Positions 37,235 through 51,136 of a stretch of 64,000 bases of DNA are shown piece by piece (positions within the stretch are counted from its first letter, which is position 1; the number at the start of each line of letters is the position of its first letter). The notes below the pieces were generated by a model that ran no database searches, had not been told where the DNA came from, and saw only the letters and a list, made by a program, of their open reading frames with translations. The stretch covers positions 4,836,001-4,900,000 of the forward strand of contig JAWMAR010000070.1 of the NCBI GenBank assembly GCA_036785375.1, given 5' to 3'. The stretch comes from Leucoraja ocellata (lineage: Eukaryota). The position numbers and the translations under genes were made by a program.

Positions 37235-40126
37235 AATCGAACCGGGGTCTCTGGGGGCAGTTGCAGTTCCACCTACAGCTAACCCAACCCCACAAATATC
37301 ACCCAGAACGAGCCTCGCCATCTCCAGTGTAGCAGTGTTACAACACAATGTGAGCAACTCACATCAAAATAGGTTGAGAAACAGGAAGCCACAAGGAAGT
37401 ACAGATGCAGTAATATCTGATAGTCTGCTCTGGTAGATTGCAACCCAATGGTGGGAACATTGAATTTTCTAGTTTTAAGTAACTAACCCACAACAATCCT
37501 TTCCCCTAACCTCCGTCCCTTTCCACATATATATATCCTTTCTTCCAGCTTCACATTTCATGCCTCTTCTCTCCATATCTCACAGCCTTTTATCTTCTTT
37601 CCATCTCAGGCCTTCATCCACCCATCAGCCAATAACCCTCCCTCCCTCACCTGTATCCACCTATCGCTTGCCAGGCATCATCCTTCCCCCACCTCTCTCC
37701 CAGCTCTCTCCCCCCTACCACAATCAGCCTGAAGAAGGGTCCCAACCCAAAACGTCACCTATCCATGTTCTCTGGAGATGCTGCCTGGCCCATTTACTCC
37801 AGCATTACATGTCTGTTTTTGAGAAATAGGAAGTTGTGAAGTTGATAAGAAGATTTGAACACCAGTGTAAATATTTTGAAACCAAGTCATTGGTTCTACG
37901 GGTTAGGGTTGGTATGACTATACAGGGTGGGTTATCAGGTCTGTGAGGTGTGGAGAACTATGGTCAAGTCCAAATCCACCCACATGTCACATTGCCAGGG
38001 TAAAGGGTGAGTGGGGCAGAGCAGGGCGGGGCACTGGCACCCGCGTTAAACTTATAGAGTCATATAGCACAGAAACAGGCCCTTCTTCCCAACTTGACCA
38101 TGCTGACCAAACTGCCCACCTGCACTAGTTTAGTATAGAGGTACAGCGTGGAAACTGGCCCTTCGGCCCACCGAGTCTGCACCAAACAGCAATCCCCACA
38201 CATTAACACTATCCTACACGCACTAGGGACTATTTACACTTATTCCAAGCCAACTAACCTACAAACCTATACGTTCTTGGAGTGTGGAAGGAAACTGAAG
38301 ATCTCGGAGAAAACCCAGGCGGTCACGTGGAGAACGTACAAACTCCATACAGACAGCACCCGTAGTCGGGATCAAACCCGACTGTAAGCGCTGTAAGTCA
38401 GCAGCTCTACCACTGTTCCACCGTGCCGCCCTAGTCCACTAGTCCCACTTGCCCCCGTTTGACCCATCTCCTCTTATATCGGTAAAGATCCAGTTTTTAC
38501 CTTCAGTCCCGAGGTAGTGTCTCGGCCAGAATACAAACATACACTTTTTGTCTCCACAGATGCTGCTTGACCCGTTGAGTTTTTCAGGTGTTCTGCCTAT
38601 TGTTCCAGATTCTAGTATATGCAATCTCCTTTATCTTCTCCCCTCACACAACCCTAATCCTACCTCAACAATATTATCTCACAGAAGCTGATGGGTACAT
38701 GGAAGGAACATGTCCAGAGGAGCTAGTGGAGACTGGTACTAGTAACAACATTGAAAAGCATTAGGACAAGGTACGTGGATAGGAAAGGTTTGTAGGGACA
38801 GGGGTCAAATGCAGGCCTGGTTTTTACGGTGGCACAGCAGTAGAGTTGCTGCCTTTACATTGTATAACAGCGCCAGATACCCGGGTTCAATCCTGGCTAC
38901 AGGTGCTTGTCTGTACATAGTCTGTACTTTCTCCTAGTGACCTGCGTGGGTTTTCTCCGAGAACTTCAGTTTCCTCCCACACTCCAAAGACATACAGGTT
39001 TGTAGGTTAATTGGGTTGGTGTAAATGTAAACATTTGTGTTGCTGTGCAGGGATCACTGGACGGTGCAGACACGGTGGGCCGGATGGCTTGTTTCCCCAC
39101 TGTATCTCTAAACTAAACTAAAGAGGGACCAGCGTACATGGAACATCTTGATCGGCATTGGGCAAGCTGTTTCCCTGCTGTATCACTCTATGATTTTATG
39201 AATCACATCCTCAAACTCAGCTTTACCCGGTCTCCGATGCTCAAGTATTTGAATTGTCTTTCAAGGAGTTTATCTGGTGACGTGAGTTGACATCAGTTCA
39301 CATTTGACAATAGACAACAGACAATAGGTGCAGGGAGTAGGTCATTCAGCCCTTCGAGCCAGCATCACAATTCAATGTGATCATGGCTGATCATCCATAA
39401 TCCCCGTTCCTGCCTTCTCCCCTTATCCCCTGACTCCGCTATCTTTAAGAGCCCTATCTAGCTCTCTCTTGAAAGTGTCCAGAGAACCAGCATCCACCGC
39501 TCTCCGAGGCAGAGAATTCCACAGACTCACAACTCACTGGGTGATAAAGTGTTTCCTCATCTCCGTTCCGTTGGTGTCTTATTTCTTCTGGGTAACGTTT
39601 CAACAGATGAGAAGCAGCGGAAGGCTGGACAAATTAGTGACGCGCATTTTGTGGTGGGTAAACAGATCACAAGCTCGCATGTTCCAGGAGTAGAATTTGG
39701 CCATTCGGCCCATCCAGTCTACTCCGCCATTCAAACATGGCTGATCTCTGCCTCCTAATCCCATACAAGTTCAGACACAGTGTGCCCGCATTTGGGGGAG
39801 GGGCTTGAGGGGGTGGGCAAGGGAATGTTTGCGGTGGTGGACAGAGCGCCAGTCAAGTGGGCAAACGTCACCAGGATGAAGCAGAGCTTCGAGGAGATGC
39901 TCCAATCCAGGCAACTGGAGAGTGTTGTAGCCCACTCCTGATAGGGGCATTGTCCGTGGTGAGGAGGCTGGGGGAGGTGGTAAGTGAGTCACCAGGTTAA
40001 GTCTTGAACCACTGCAAAGTCATGTCCTGTGTAAACGGAAATTGACGGTTTGACTTCAGTTGTGAATGAGGAAGAGGACAACTCAAACGCACTGCAGGGA
40101 CCAAACCGATCCAACGTAGTCGAGAC

Positions 40127-40223
40127 ATGGCGGTGGGACAGGGAGAATTCACCCACCAGAGATGGCCCAGATCCAGGGGAACAGTCGCTCTGTTGGTTCT
40201 TGTCGCTGTTGGTCTCACACCAG
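40127..40223 (+). CDS. Gene C leader exon
   Basis: MAVGQGEFTHQRWPRSRGTVALLVLVAVGLTP G|gtaaat. Confidence 0.85.
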
Positions 40224-43200
40224 GTAAATTGTTGTTTTACAAAATGCTCTGTTCTGAGGAATTATTTACCAACGCCTTGAATTATTTGTAACCACAGACC
40301 TCTCTGTACTGTGTGGGGAGCTGATAAATTGCTCAACACTCGTTAGTTCCTGTAGAGACTTCCATCAGCGGTTGTTGTCGTGTTGTGTGCTGCCAAGTCC
40401 CACACAGCTAGCTCCCTGTGGAGAAGGGAGATAACTATCTACAGCTTGCCTTGCCTTGTGAACCTCATTGAAACTTACTGAATAGTGAAAGGCCTGGATA
40501 GAGTGGATGGGGTGAGGATGTTTACACTAGTGGGAGAGTCTAGGACCAGAGGTCGCAGCCTCAGAATTAAAGGGCGTTGCTTTAGGAAGGAGATGAGGAG
40601 GAATTTTGTGAGACAGAAACTGTGGAATTCATTGCCACAGACTGTGGAGGCCATCAATAGGTATTTCTAAGGCCGAGATGGATAGATTTTTGATCAGTAC
40701 TGGTGTCAGGAGTCCTGGGGAAAAGGCAGGAGGATTTAGTTGAGAGGGAAAGATAGATCAGCCATAATTGAATGGAGGAGAGTAGACCTGACGGGCCAAA
40801 TGTCCTAATTCTGCTCCTAGTACTAATGAACTTATGATCTGTTCTTCAGAATTATTTGCCAGCACCTTGAATTATTTTGAGCCACAGAGCAGACTACTGG
40901 GCTACGAACTGCTAAAGATAAAATGCTTGCACACTTGTTCTTCCCTGCACTAATGACTGTTGTGATGCTGTGTGCTCAGTGACTTGACTGCAGATCAGCT
41001 AAATGCTTTACCCCTTGCATATCGCTTGACTTCCTCCCTCTCTGACTGTGGGTCTGAAGAAAGGTCTCGACCCGAAACGTCAGCCATTCCTTCTCTCCAG
41101 AGATGCCCCCTGACCCGCTGCGTTACTCCAGCATTTAGTGTCTATCAAAGACACACGGCACTCCCTCCACGCACTGCAATGGGAAATGTTGAACATAAAC
41201 CTTAGCACATTCAAAGAAAAAACCTGTGAAAGCCAGCCAATGGGAACAGGCGGGCATCTCAAATGAGGAAGCACCAGAGTGACTGTCCAATTTAGCATTT
41301 GGAGAAGTTGTGGTAATCTCTCCCTTCAGAGAAAAACCAGCTGCCTTACAACAGACTCTGCTGCTCGAGCTGTTCTACACACTGTGCTTTCCCCAGCCTC
41401 TGAGTTCTCCTTCAAGGCATTTGTCTTGTGGCTTGTGAGCCGACCTGGACTGATGTGATGATGTGTCTCCACCCCAGCTCCTGAATCTGCAGAGTTTCAC
41501 ATGTGTTAGAGTCATAGAGTGATACAGTCTGGAAACAGGCCCTTCGGCCCAACTTGCCCACACCGGCCAACATGTCTCAGCAACACTAGTCCCACCTGTC
41601 CATGTTTGGTCCATGTACCTTCAAATCTGTCCTATCGATGTATCCGGAGGGTCCCACCCTCTCCGGAGACTAAGAAAAGCATGTCTCCCTACTGTTCACC
41701 TAAGGTCCTTCTACAGGGGCACCATCGAGATTATACTGACCCACGGCATAACTTCCAGGTTTGGGAGCTGCAAGGCTTATGTAGAAAAACAACTTAACAG
41801 GATCGTGAAGACAGCCAGTAGGATCATTGGTGCTCCACTCCCTTTCCTGTTGGAGATTTATCAGAAGCGTAACATCAGCAGAGCCATCTCCATTATTAAG
41901 GACCCCTATCATCCATCACACCACATCTCCCTCACTCCCAAATGGGCCCCGCGAGTAAGGGGGCCCCGTGCCAGTGTAATCTACTCTCGGCTCAGGTAGA
42001 TCTACCCCGGGTGGAGAGAGAGTAGAGGGGTGGAGGGGGAAGAAGGGGGTAGACGGGGAGGGGGGTGTGAGGGGGAATGGAGAAGGGGGAGAGGGGAAGG
42101 TGGGTCGTTCGCTCACGGCAGCGCTCCTGCCCCTCCAGTCGCCGTGCTTCACGCACACAGCCCCGGCTCCACCCCTCTCTCTCCCCGGGGAGAGGCGGTG
42201 AACAATACACGGAGGGCTGGGCCGGGGGTTGGGGCATCGTATACAAACATCGGCCTCAACTCACACCCGTCTGCCCGGACCCCGGCATCCCTCTCCCTCC
42301 CTTCTCTCCTTCCCTCCCTCCTTCCGCTCTTTTCCTTTCTCTCATTCGCTCCATCCCTTCTTTCTCTACTTCCCTCCCTCCCTCCCACACACACACACAT
42401 AACGCACAGACAACTAACACACACGACTAAGTTAAGATGGGGTAGAAACCTTTTCACCCAGAGAGTTGTGAATCTGTAGAATTCTCTACCACAGAGGGCA
42501 GTGGAGGCCAATTCACTGGATGTATTCAAGAGAGAGTTAGATTTAGCTCTTAGGGCTAATGGAATCATGGGATTCCGGGGGCAAGCAGAACTGGGCAGTG
42601 CCGGCTCGAAGGGCCGAATCATCCCCTCCTGCGCCTATTTTCTATGTTTATATGTTTCTATGAATCGTCATCTATCCACTTTCTCCAGAGATAGTTCCTG
42701 TCCAGTTTAAGGTTGTGACCTCAATAACGGGTAGGCCATTGAGGACTCAGATGAGGAAATATCTTTTCACCCAGAGAGTTCCTCTATCTCCAGAGATAGT
42801 TCCTGTCCTGTTGTGTTACTCCGGCACTTTGTGTCCTTTTGTGCATTAACCAGCATCTGCAGTTCCTTGTTTCTACCAGTTCAATGGGGAAGTGGGTTGT
42901 AGTGAGATTGAACACAGGGTGGGTCAGAGTGAGTGACAGGTTGTCTTCCTGTCACATGACCACCACTCATGTCAAGCCACGCCCACAGGGAAGGAGGATC
43001 TGGGCGCCAGGTAGATTCAGAAGCAGTGTTCAAGAAGGATCTGCAGATGCTGGAAGATAGATATCGCAGTGCAGTAGACAAAGTGTTCAAGAAGGAACTC
43101 AGTTCTGCTTTCACTGGAACTTGGGGAATAATCCCGGTGAAATGGGAATTAACACCAGCGGGAAAAGCATTAAAGTGCAACAGGATCTATGCAAAAGAAG

Positions 43201-46200
43201 AGAGAAACAAAATGCTGGAGTAACTCAGCGGGACGGGCAGCATCTCTGGAGAGAAGGAATGGGTGAGGAAACATCACCCGTCGGTTTCTCCAGAGATGCT
43301 GCCTGTCCCGCTGAGTTACTCCAGCTCTTTGTGTCTATCTTTGGTGTAAACCAGCACCTGCAGTTCCTTGCTACACATGATCTATGTGAAACCATGAACC
43401 TGTCTGAACAGCACAAATGACATGTTTTTTATTGTTAAACTGTGTTTGTGTTACTGCAGTGTGAGTGATCTTTCATCATTAATGTGCCAACAGGGTCAAG
43501 CGGAATAACTGAACCCGAGGAGGTGAGGGGAGTGTTGGGGCAGTCGGTCACAGTGGAATGTCAGTATGGTCAGGAATACAGTGACTACAGGAAGCTGTGG
43601 AGGAAAGGTGATTCTTACCAGAAATCTTATATTGTGCTTTCTACTGATGACCAACGACGAGGGAGAACATCGATGACTGATGACAAAGCACAATGGATAG
43701 TTTTAGTCACCATCGACAACCTGGAGAAGAGTGATGAAGGACTCTACTGGTGTGTGATAGTAAAGAGAAACGATTCACCCATTGAATCGACCTCCATCTC
43801 ATTGACGGTTTCTGAAGGTAAGTTGCCGATCTCTCCTCACTCTCCCAGATGTGAAAATTCCAGCCTGGGAATTCCCGGCCTCGGTCCTGACGGTGACTCG
43901 GTGCCACATCCCCGGGGGGTCGCGGTAAGGGGGCTGGGTGGATAACTCACTTACTGGGGTCCCGGCCCGTGGGGCCACACCAAGAGCTCACTGTCCCAGG
44001 AGCAATATGGGGGGGGGGGACTGTCAGACACCAGCCCCACGGAAGGTCCCATCTACCGGCGGTTCTGTTGCTGACGGCTCATTTCCACGAAGACGATCGC
44101 TCCGGGACCAGAACCTCTGCCGCCCCCTCACTGGGGCAGGTGGTGGGAAACCCGGGTGGAGATAGGAGTCAATGGGGGAGGGGGCAGGTTAGTAGAAGAT
44201 ACTTAAAATTAGAGAACCAACGTTCAAACCGTTGGGTTGTAAACTACCTGAGCCCAATATGAGGTGCGGTTCCTCCAATTTGCCTGTGGCCTCACTCTGG
44301 CAATGGAGGAGGCCCAGGACAGAAAGGTCAGTGTGGGAATGGGAAGGGACATGGACAGGGTTGGCAACCGGGAGATCAAGAATGGTCCCGACCCGAAAAA
44401 GACACCTATCCATTTTCTCCAGAGATTCTGCCTGATCCGCCGAGTTACTCCAGCACTTTGTGTCTATCTTTGGTGTAAACCAGCACCTGCAGTTCCTTTC
44501 TACACATGATCTATGCGAAACCATGAACCTGTCTGAACAGCACAAATGACATGTTTTTTATTGTTAAACCTCAGCTTGTGTTACTGCAGTGTGAGTGATC
44601 TTTCATCATTAATGTGTCCACAGGGTCAAGGGGAATAACTGGACCCAAGGAGGTGAGGGGAGAGTTGGGGCAGTCGGTCACTGTGGAATGTCCGTATGGT
44701 CAGGAATACATTGACAACAAGAAGCAATGGAGGAAAGGTTATTATTACACACTATCTGATACCGTGGTTTCTACTGATGACCCACCACAAGGGAGAACAT
44801 CGATGACTGATGACAAAACACAACGGATAGTTTCAGTAACCATCGACAACCTGGAGAAGAGTGATGAAGGATACTACTGGTGTGTCATAGTACGATGGAA
44901 CTTCAGTGAAAAGACCTCCATCTTATTGACGGTTTCTGAAGGTACGTTGACGATCTCTCCTCACTCTCCCAGAGGTGAACATTCCAGCCTGGGAATTCCC
45001 GGCCTCGGTCGTGAGGGTGACTCGGTGCCTCATCCCCGGCGGTCGTGGGGGGGGGGGGGGGGGGAGCTCATCAATGGGGACCGGCGGTCCTGCTGCTGGC
45101 GGCTCATTTCCCCAAACACGATCGCTCCAGGACCAGAACACATGGTGCCCCCTCACTGAGACGGGGGGGGGGGGGGGGGGAGAGATCTGCCCCCTCACCC
45201 TCTCCCCCTGCCCGTCACTGTCACACCCACCACGCACACAACATCTGAAGAAGGGTCCCAACCTTAAACATCATCTATTCATTCCTTCCACGGATGCTGC
45301 CTGACCTGCTGAGTTACTCCAGCACTTTGTGTTTTGCTCAAGATTCCAGCACCTGCAATTCCTTGTGTCTCACAAACTTTGGTGAATCATGAGCTCAGTT
45401 TATTGTTGGCGTCTGTACTGAGGTACAGGGAAAAGCTTTTACCATGTTTCCAATGAGGGCCAAGTCATTGTGTATTTTCAGGTGGAGATTGACCGGTTCT
45501 CAATTAGTACGGGTGTCAAGCGATATGGGGAGAAGGCAGGAGAATGGGGTTGAGAGGGAGAGATAGATCAGCCATGATTGAAAGGCGGAATAGACTCAAT
45601 GGGCCAAATGGCCTCAATCTGCCCCTATCACTTATGAACTAATGAACTAAGAATCCTCATGAGATGAGTGATATAGACTTTACACTGAGTCACACAAACT
45701 GTACAAGATGAGATACTCAACGGGTCGGGCAGCTTCTGTGGAGAGAGAACGAGAGTTAATGTTTCAGGTAGATACCTCCAACCAAATTGCATTATTTCCA
45801 ATTCAGTCCGCGTAATGAAAATAGTCCATGGATCCTCCCGCTCCCAAGTTCTTCTCCAATGTAGAAGACATGTGCCTAACTCTAGCAGCAGGCAGATAAC
45901 ACAGCCTGTGGGACTCTGAAGGGCATGAAAGAAGTCTCTGAATGCTTGCGACAATCTGGTGGCATCTTAATGGGTGAGCCTCCGGTCTAGATCAAGAGGC
46001 TTCGTCCATCTATGGTGGCCTCAGAAGGATCTTTGCTCAAATGTATGGATTGGGATTTGTACCCAGGAATCTCCCCACATGGAGCAAGAGCGCTCCCGAC
46101 TGAAGCATCTCCCACACATCACTAAAGTGGCACAGAACGTGCTTTCAGACATTTTTTTTTTTTTTTTTTAATTTTATTTTTATTAGCAGTACAGTAAATC

Positions 46201-49200
46201 ACATTAATACATCGCATATATCTTATTACATTAAGTTGTACCACTTCATTTTTTGAGCTTTAAAAGAGAAAGAAATAAAAGAAGTAAGGAAAGTAAGCAA
46301 GAATCGTGAAGGTGCAGGAAAGTGTTGGGAGAAAAGAACCCCTTAGGGAAGGAATTAGAGAAGGAAGCAAAGAAAATAAATAAGACCCTAGAAAGGAAAG
46401 AAAAAAAAGGAAAAAAGGAAAGTCAGTCGCTCTATTGTAACACAAAACTCCGCAAAAAAGGATATACCAACCATGTTTTTATTAAAAATGTATTTTATAC
46501 CCCCCATTACCAGGTCCTGGTAGCCTTTATATTTTAATTTATTATTGCACCTTAGCTTGTAATAGTTCCATAAATGCAGACCACGTCTTTTGGTAGTGAT
46601 CTGCTTTACCTGCTAGGAGGAGTCTCATCTCTTCCAAGTGTAATGTTTCGAACATGTTTGAAATCCACATTTTTGTTGTTGGTATTGGAGCATTTTTCCA
46701 AAATTTAAGTATAAGCTTTTTTCTGATTATTAGCCCATAATTAAGTAAGTTCTTTTGAAACATATGTAATTCTGGGTTACCTTCCGATATTCCAAAAATG
46801 ATCCATTCTACTCTAGGTAGAAGTTTTGTTTTAAATAATTTTGTAAAGATTTCAAATATTTCATTCCAGAATTTTTGAATTTTTATACAGAAAACAAAAG
46901 AGTGCGCTATGTTAGCTTCTTGTACCTGACATTTATCACAAATGGGTGAGACATTGGGGAAGAGTTTATTTATTTTAGTTTTTGAATAATATAGTCTGTG
47001 TAATGTTTTATATTGGATTAGAGTATGTCGTACGTTGATCGAGCATTTATGCACATATAATAAGTGTTTATCCCAGCTCTCTTTTGAAATTTTTATAGCT
47101 AATTCTTGTTCCCAATCTCTTCTAATATTATCTGTTGTAGGTATTTCTATATTCAATATAATATTATATAAGTATGATATTAGATTTGCTGATTCAGCCT
47201 TTATCTTCATGGCTTCATCTAATAAGTCTGGGGGCATATTATAATAGTCTTTTGTATATTTTTTCAGATAATCACGGATTTGAAGATATTTAAAATATTG
47301 ATTATTTTTCAAGTTATATTTCAGTTGTAATTGTTGAAATGGTAATAATTTCCCTAATTCATACAGGTCTCCGAGCGTTTTGATTCCCGTTCTTTCCCAT
47401 TGTGTAAATGATTTATCTATAATTGAGGGTTTAAACGAAGGGTTATTGGCTATTGGCATTAGCAGAGATAGATTTCTTAATTTTAAGTTCTGTTTTATTT
47501 GTTTCCAAGTTCTAATTGTACTATGTATCATTGGATTTTTATTATAATATTTGTTATTCAAATTCGTTGGTGAGAGGAGAGTCGTGCCTGTATTACCAGG
47601 AGCGCAGTCCTCTCCCTCCATTATAATCCAGTCCACCTGCTGGGCAGAGTTGTCCAGCAGGTGAATCATATTTTTAATATTTACCGCCCAATTATAGTAC
47701 ATAAAGTTAGGGAGCGCTAGACCACCCATCTCTTTTGGTTTACTGAGGTGTGCTCTTTGTATTCTGTGGGATTTATAATCCCATATAAAGTTTGTGGTCT
47801 GAGTCGAATTTTTTGAAAAAAATTTTTGGAAGATATATTGGAATTGATTGAAATAAATATAGGATTTGTGGTAAAAAAAATAATTTTTATAGCATTTATT
47901 CGACCTATTAAAGACATCGGCAGCGTTTTCCAGAATTTAATTAGATTGTTTAATTTCTTAAGTAAGGGGCTATAATTAGCATTAAACATACCGTGGTAAT
48001 TTCTAGTGATTTCAATTCCTAAATATTTAAATTTTTCTGTAGCTATTTTAAAGGGGAATTTCAAAAGATGTGTTGAGTCTTTCGGTTTTATTGACATAAT
48101 TTCACTTTTGTTCCAGTTTATTCTGTATCCTGAGAAAGATCCGAAATCCTCGATTAGGTTTAATATGTTTGGTATACTGATTTGGGGTTTTGTGATATAT
48201 AGTAATACATCGTCTGCGTATAAGGATATTTTGTTATTTGAATGTTTTGTATTATACCCATAGATGTCAGGATGTGTTCTAATTTTTTCAGCTAAGGGTT
48301 CAATTACTAGAGCGAATAGTAGCGGTGATAATGAACACCCTTGTCTATTGCCCCTTGTTAATTGAAATTTCGTAGATAGTATATTATTAGTTAATATTCT
48401 AGCCGTGGGTTTGTTATATAATAATTTTATCCATGCGATAAAGCTCTCTCCCATTTGAAATTTTTGCAATACTTTAAACATATAATCCCATTCTACTTGA
48501 TCAAACGCTTTTTCTGCGTCCAATGAAATGATAGATTACTCTTGTTCTTGAGATTTGTGAGAGTGCATTATGTTAAGCAGACGTCTCAGGTTATTAAATG
48601 AGTGTCTCTTAGGTATAAATCCCGTCTGATCCTTATTTATTAATTTACTGACATATTGACTTAATCTTCTAGCTAGTATTTTCGCTAATATTTTTTGATC
48701 CGTATTTAACAATGCAATAGCTCTGTATGATCCTGGTTCTTCTATATCTTTATCTTTTTTAAGTATTAGTGTGATCGTTGATTCTGCTAGTGTTTCAGGT
48801 AAGATTTGTTCTTTAAAAGCAAATGTATACATTTTCTGTAGATGTGGGGTCACTGTATCGTAAAAACATTTATAAAATTCATTACTGAATCCGTCTGGTC
48901 CTGGTGTTTTTCCATTATTAAGTGTGTTTATTGTGTCTTCTATTTCCTTAGCTGTAATTTGTGCTCCCAGTTCCTCTTGTTCTTTCAATTCTAATTTTGG
49001 GAGGTTACAATCGGTCAAAAATTCTGAAGCTTTGTTATTGTCTATTAGCGTTTTCGATGTATATAAGTTCTTATAATATTGAGCAAATCTTTTATTGATA
49101 TCCTTAGGTAGTGTTAATAATTCCCCTCTATCTGATTTAATCTTTAAAATTATATGATCTTTTTCCCGTTTTTTCAATTGGCGTGCCAAAAGTTTATGGG

Positions 49201-51105
49201 GTTTATCCCCAAATTCAAAACATTCTTGTTTGGTAGTTTGGAATAATCTTATAATCTTCTCTGATAGTAATTTATTTAGCTTAAATTTCAGAATTAAAAT
49301 TTTGTTATGTTTATCCATAGTTGGATCTTTAGCATTATCTATATCTAGTTGTCTGATTTGTTCTTCTAATTGTCTTTGTTCATTTTTATTCTTTTTGTTT
49401 TGAAAAGCTTGATACGAGATAATGACTCCTCTAATAAATGCTTTGAAGGATTCCCATAATAAAGTAGGCGAAATATCTGGTGTATCATTTATCTCAAAAA
49501 ATAGATCCATTTGTTTTTTTAGATATATACTCCCTTGTGGGTCTTTCAAAATTTGCGAGTTAAACCTCCAGAACGATGTGTTCATAGAGATTCCTTCCAA
49601 TTTTAAAACAAAAGATAGCGGGGAATGATCTGAAATCGTATTAGTGTGGTATTTAGGGTTAAGAGTATAAGGGATTAGTTTTGAATCCACTAGGAAATAG
49701 TCTATGCGTGAGTATGTTTTATGCACCATTGAATAAAACGAGTATTCCCTTCCAGTCGGGTTCGCGATCCTCCAAACATCTGCTATATTTGTATTTTTTA
49801 TATATGTATTTAAGAGTTCACTAGTTTTAGATTTCCTATTACCTCTTTGTTTTTGCATCGATTTATCTAAATACGGATCTAAAGCACAGTTGAAGTCTCC
49901 TCCAATTATAACATTTTGGTAGTTAGATTCTGCGATTTTATTCAGAATTTTATTAAAAAATTGAGGATTATCAAAATTGGGCGCATATATGTTTACCAAG
50001 GTGATTGGCGTAGCATAAATCTCTCCTGTGACTATAAGGTATCTCCCTTCCTTATCTGATATAATATTCTTTGATTTGAATGGTATTCCTTTGCGAATAA
50101 TAATTGCGGTGCCTCTAGATTTCGATGTGTATGAGGAGTGAAATGTTTGGCCTATCCATTTCGCCCTCAATCTCATCTGGTCTTGATGTTTAAGGTGCAT
50201 TTCTTGAAGAAACGAAATGTCCGTGTTATATGATTTCAACTGAGCTAGCATTTTGCCCCTTTTAATTGGTTCATTACTACCCCTTATATTCCAGCTACAC
50301 AGTGTGATTCCTCCTTTAATGTCCAAAAACGTCATTCACTTTATCTCCACAAGGGTCTCAAACAAGCCGCCCAGACATGGTCATCACCACCTCTGCAACA
50401 ATAAACAGAAGGGCTCGGACCACCCTGCCTCAAGATGCACCAACCACCCGGGCGGCAAGTTCCACTGAGTCTCATGGTTCAACACTTCCAAACAGGTTAG
50501 TAACTCGAAGAGCCAACTCAGCCTCACCTGAGAACAAATTAGTTCAGTTCAATTCAGCTCAGTTTAAAGATACAGCGTGGAAATGGACCCTTTGGCCCAC
50601 CGAGTCCGCTCTGAGCAGCGATCACCCCATACACCAGTTCTGTTCTACACACTAGGGGCAACTTACTATAAACCCGCACGTCTTTGGAATGTGGGAGGAA
50701 ACTGGAGAACCCAGAGTAAACTCTTGCGATCACAGGGAGAACGTACAAACTCTGCACTGACAGCACCGGTATCAGGATCGACCCCGCATCTACTGTGCTG
50801 TGAGGCAGCAACTCTACCGCTGAGCTGACATCTCAATGGGCGAGCCTCATGTCTACATCAAGCGGCTTGGTCCATCTATGGTGGCTTAGGAAGGATCCTT
50901 GCTCAAATCACAGGTTTGGGATTCGAACCAAGAATCTCCCCACACAGAGCAAGATCGCTCCCAACTGAAGCATCTCCCACACGTCACTAAAGTGGCACAG
51001 AACGTGATTATAAACATTTAATGTTCAAAGACTTCATTCACTTTATCTTCACAAGGGTCTCAAACATATCACCCAGATATCCTCACCACTTTGGTGTGTG
51101 TGTGT

Positions 51106-51136
<31 letters not shown>

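Noticed and set aside
46542-50335. Active autonomous L1 or a domesticated RT gene
   Set aside because: No ORF1 or 5'UTR; stop at 48536 and frameshifts near 47790-47880; the A copy has different lesions.
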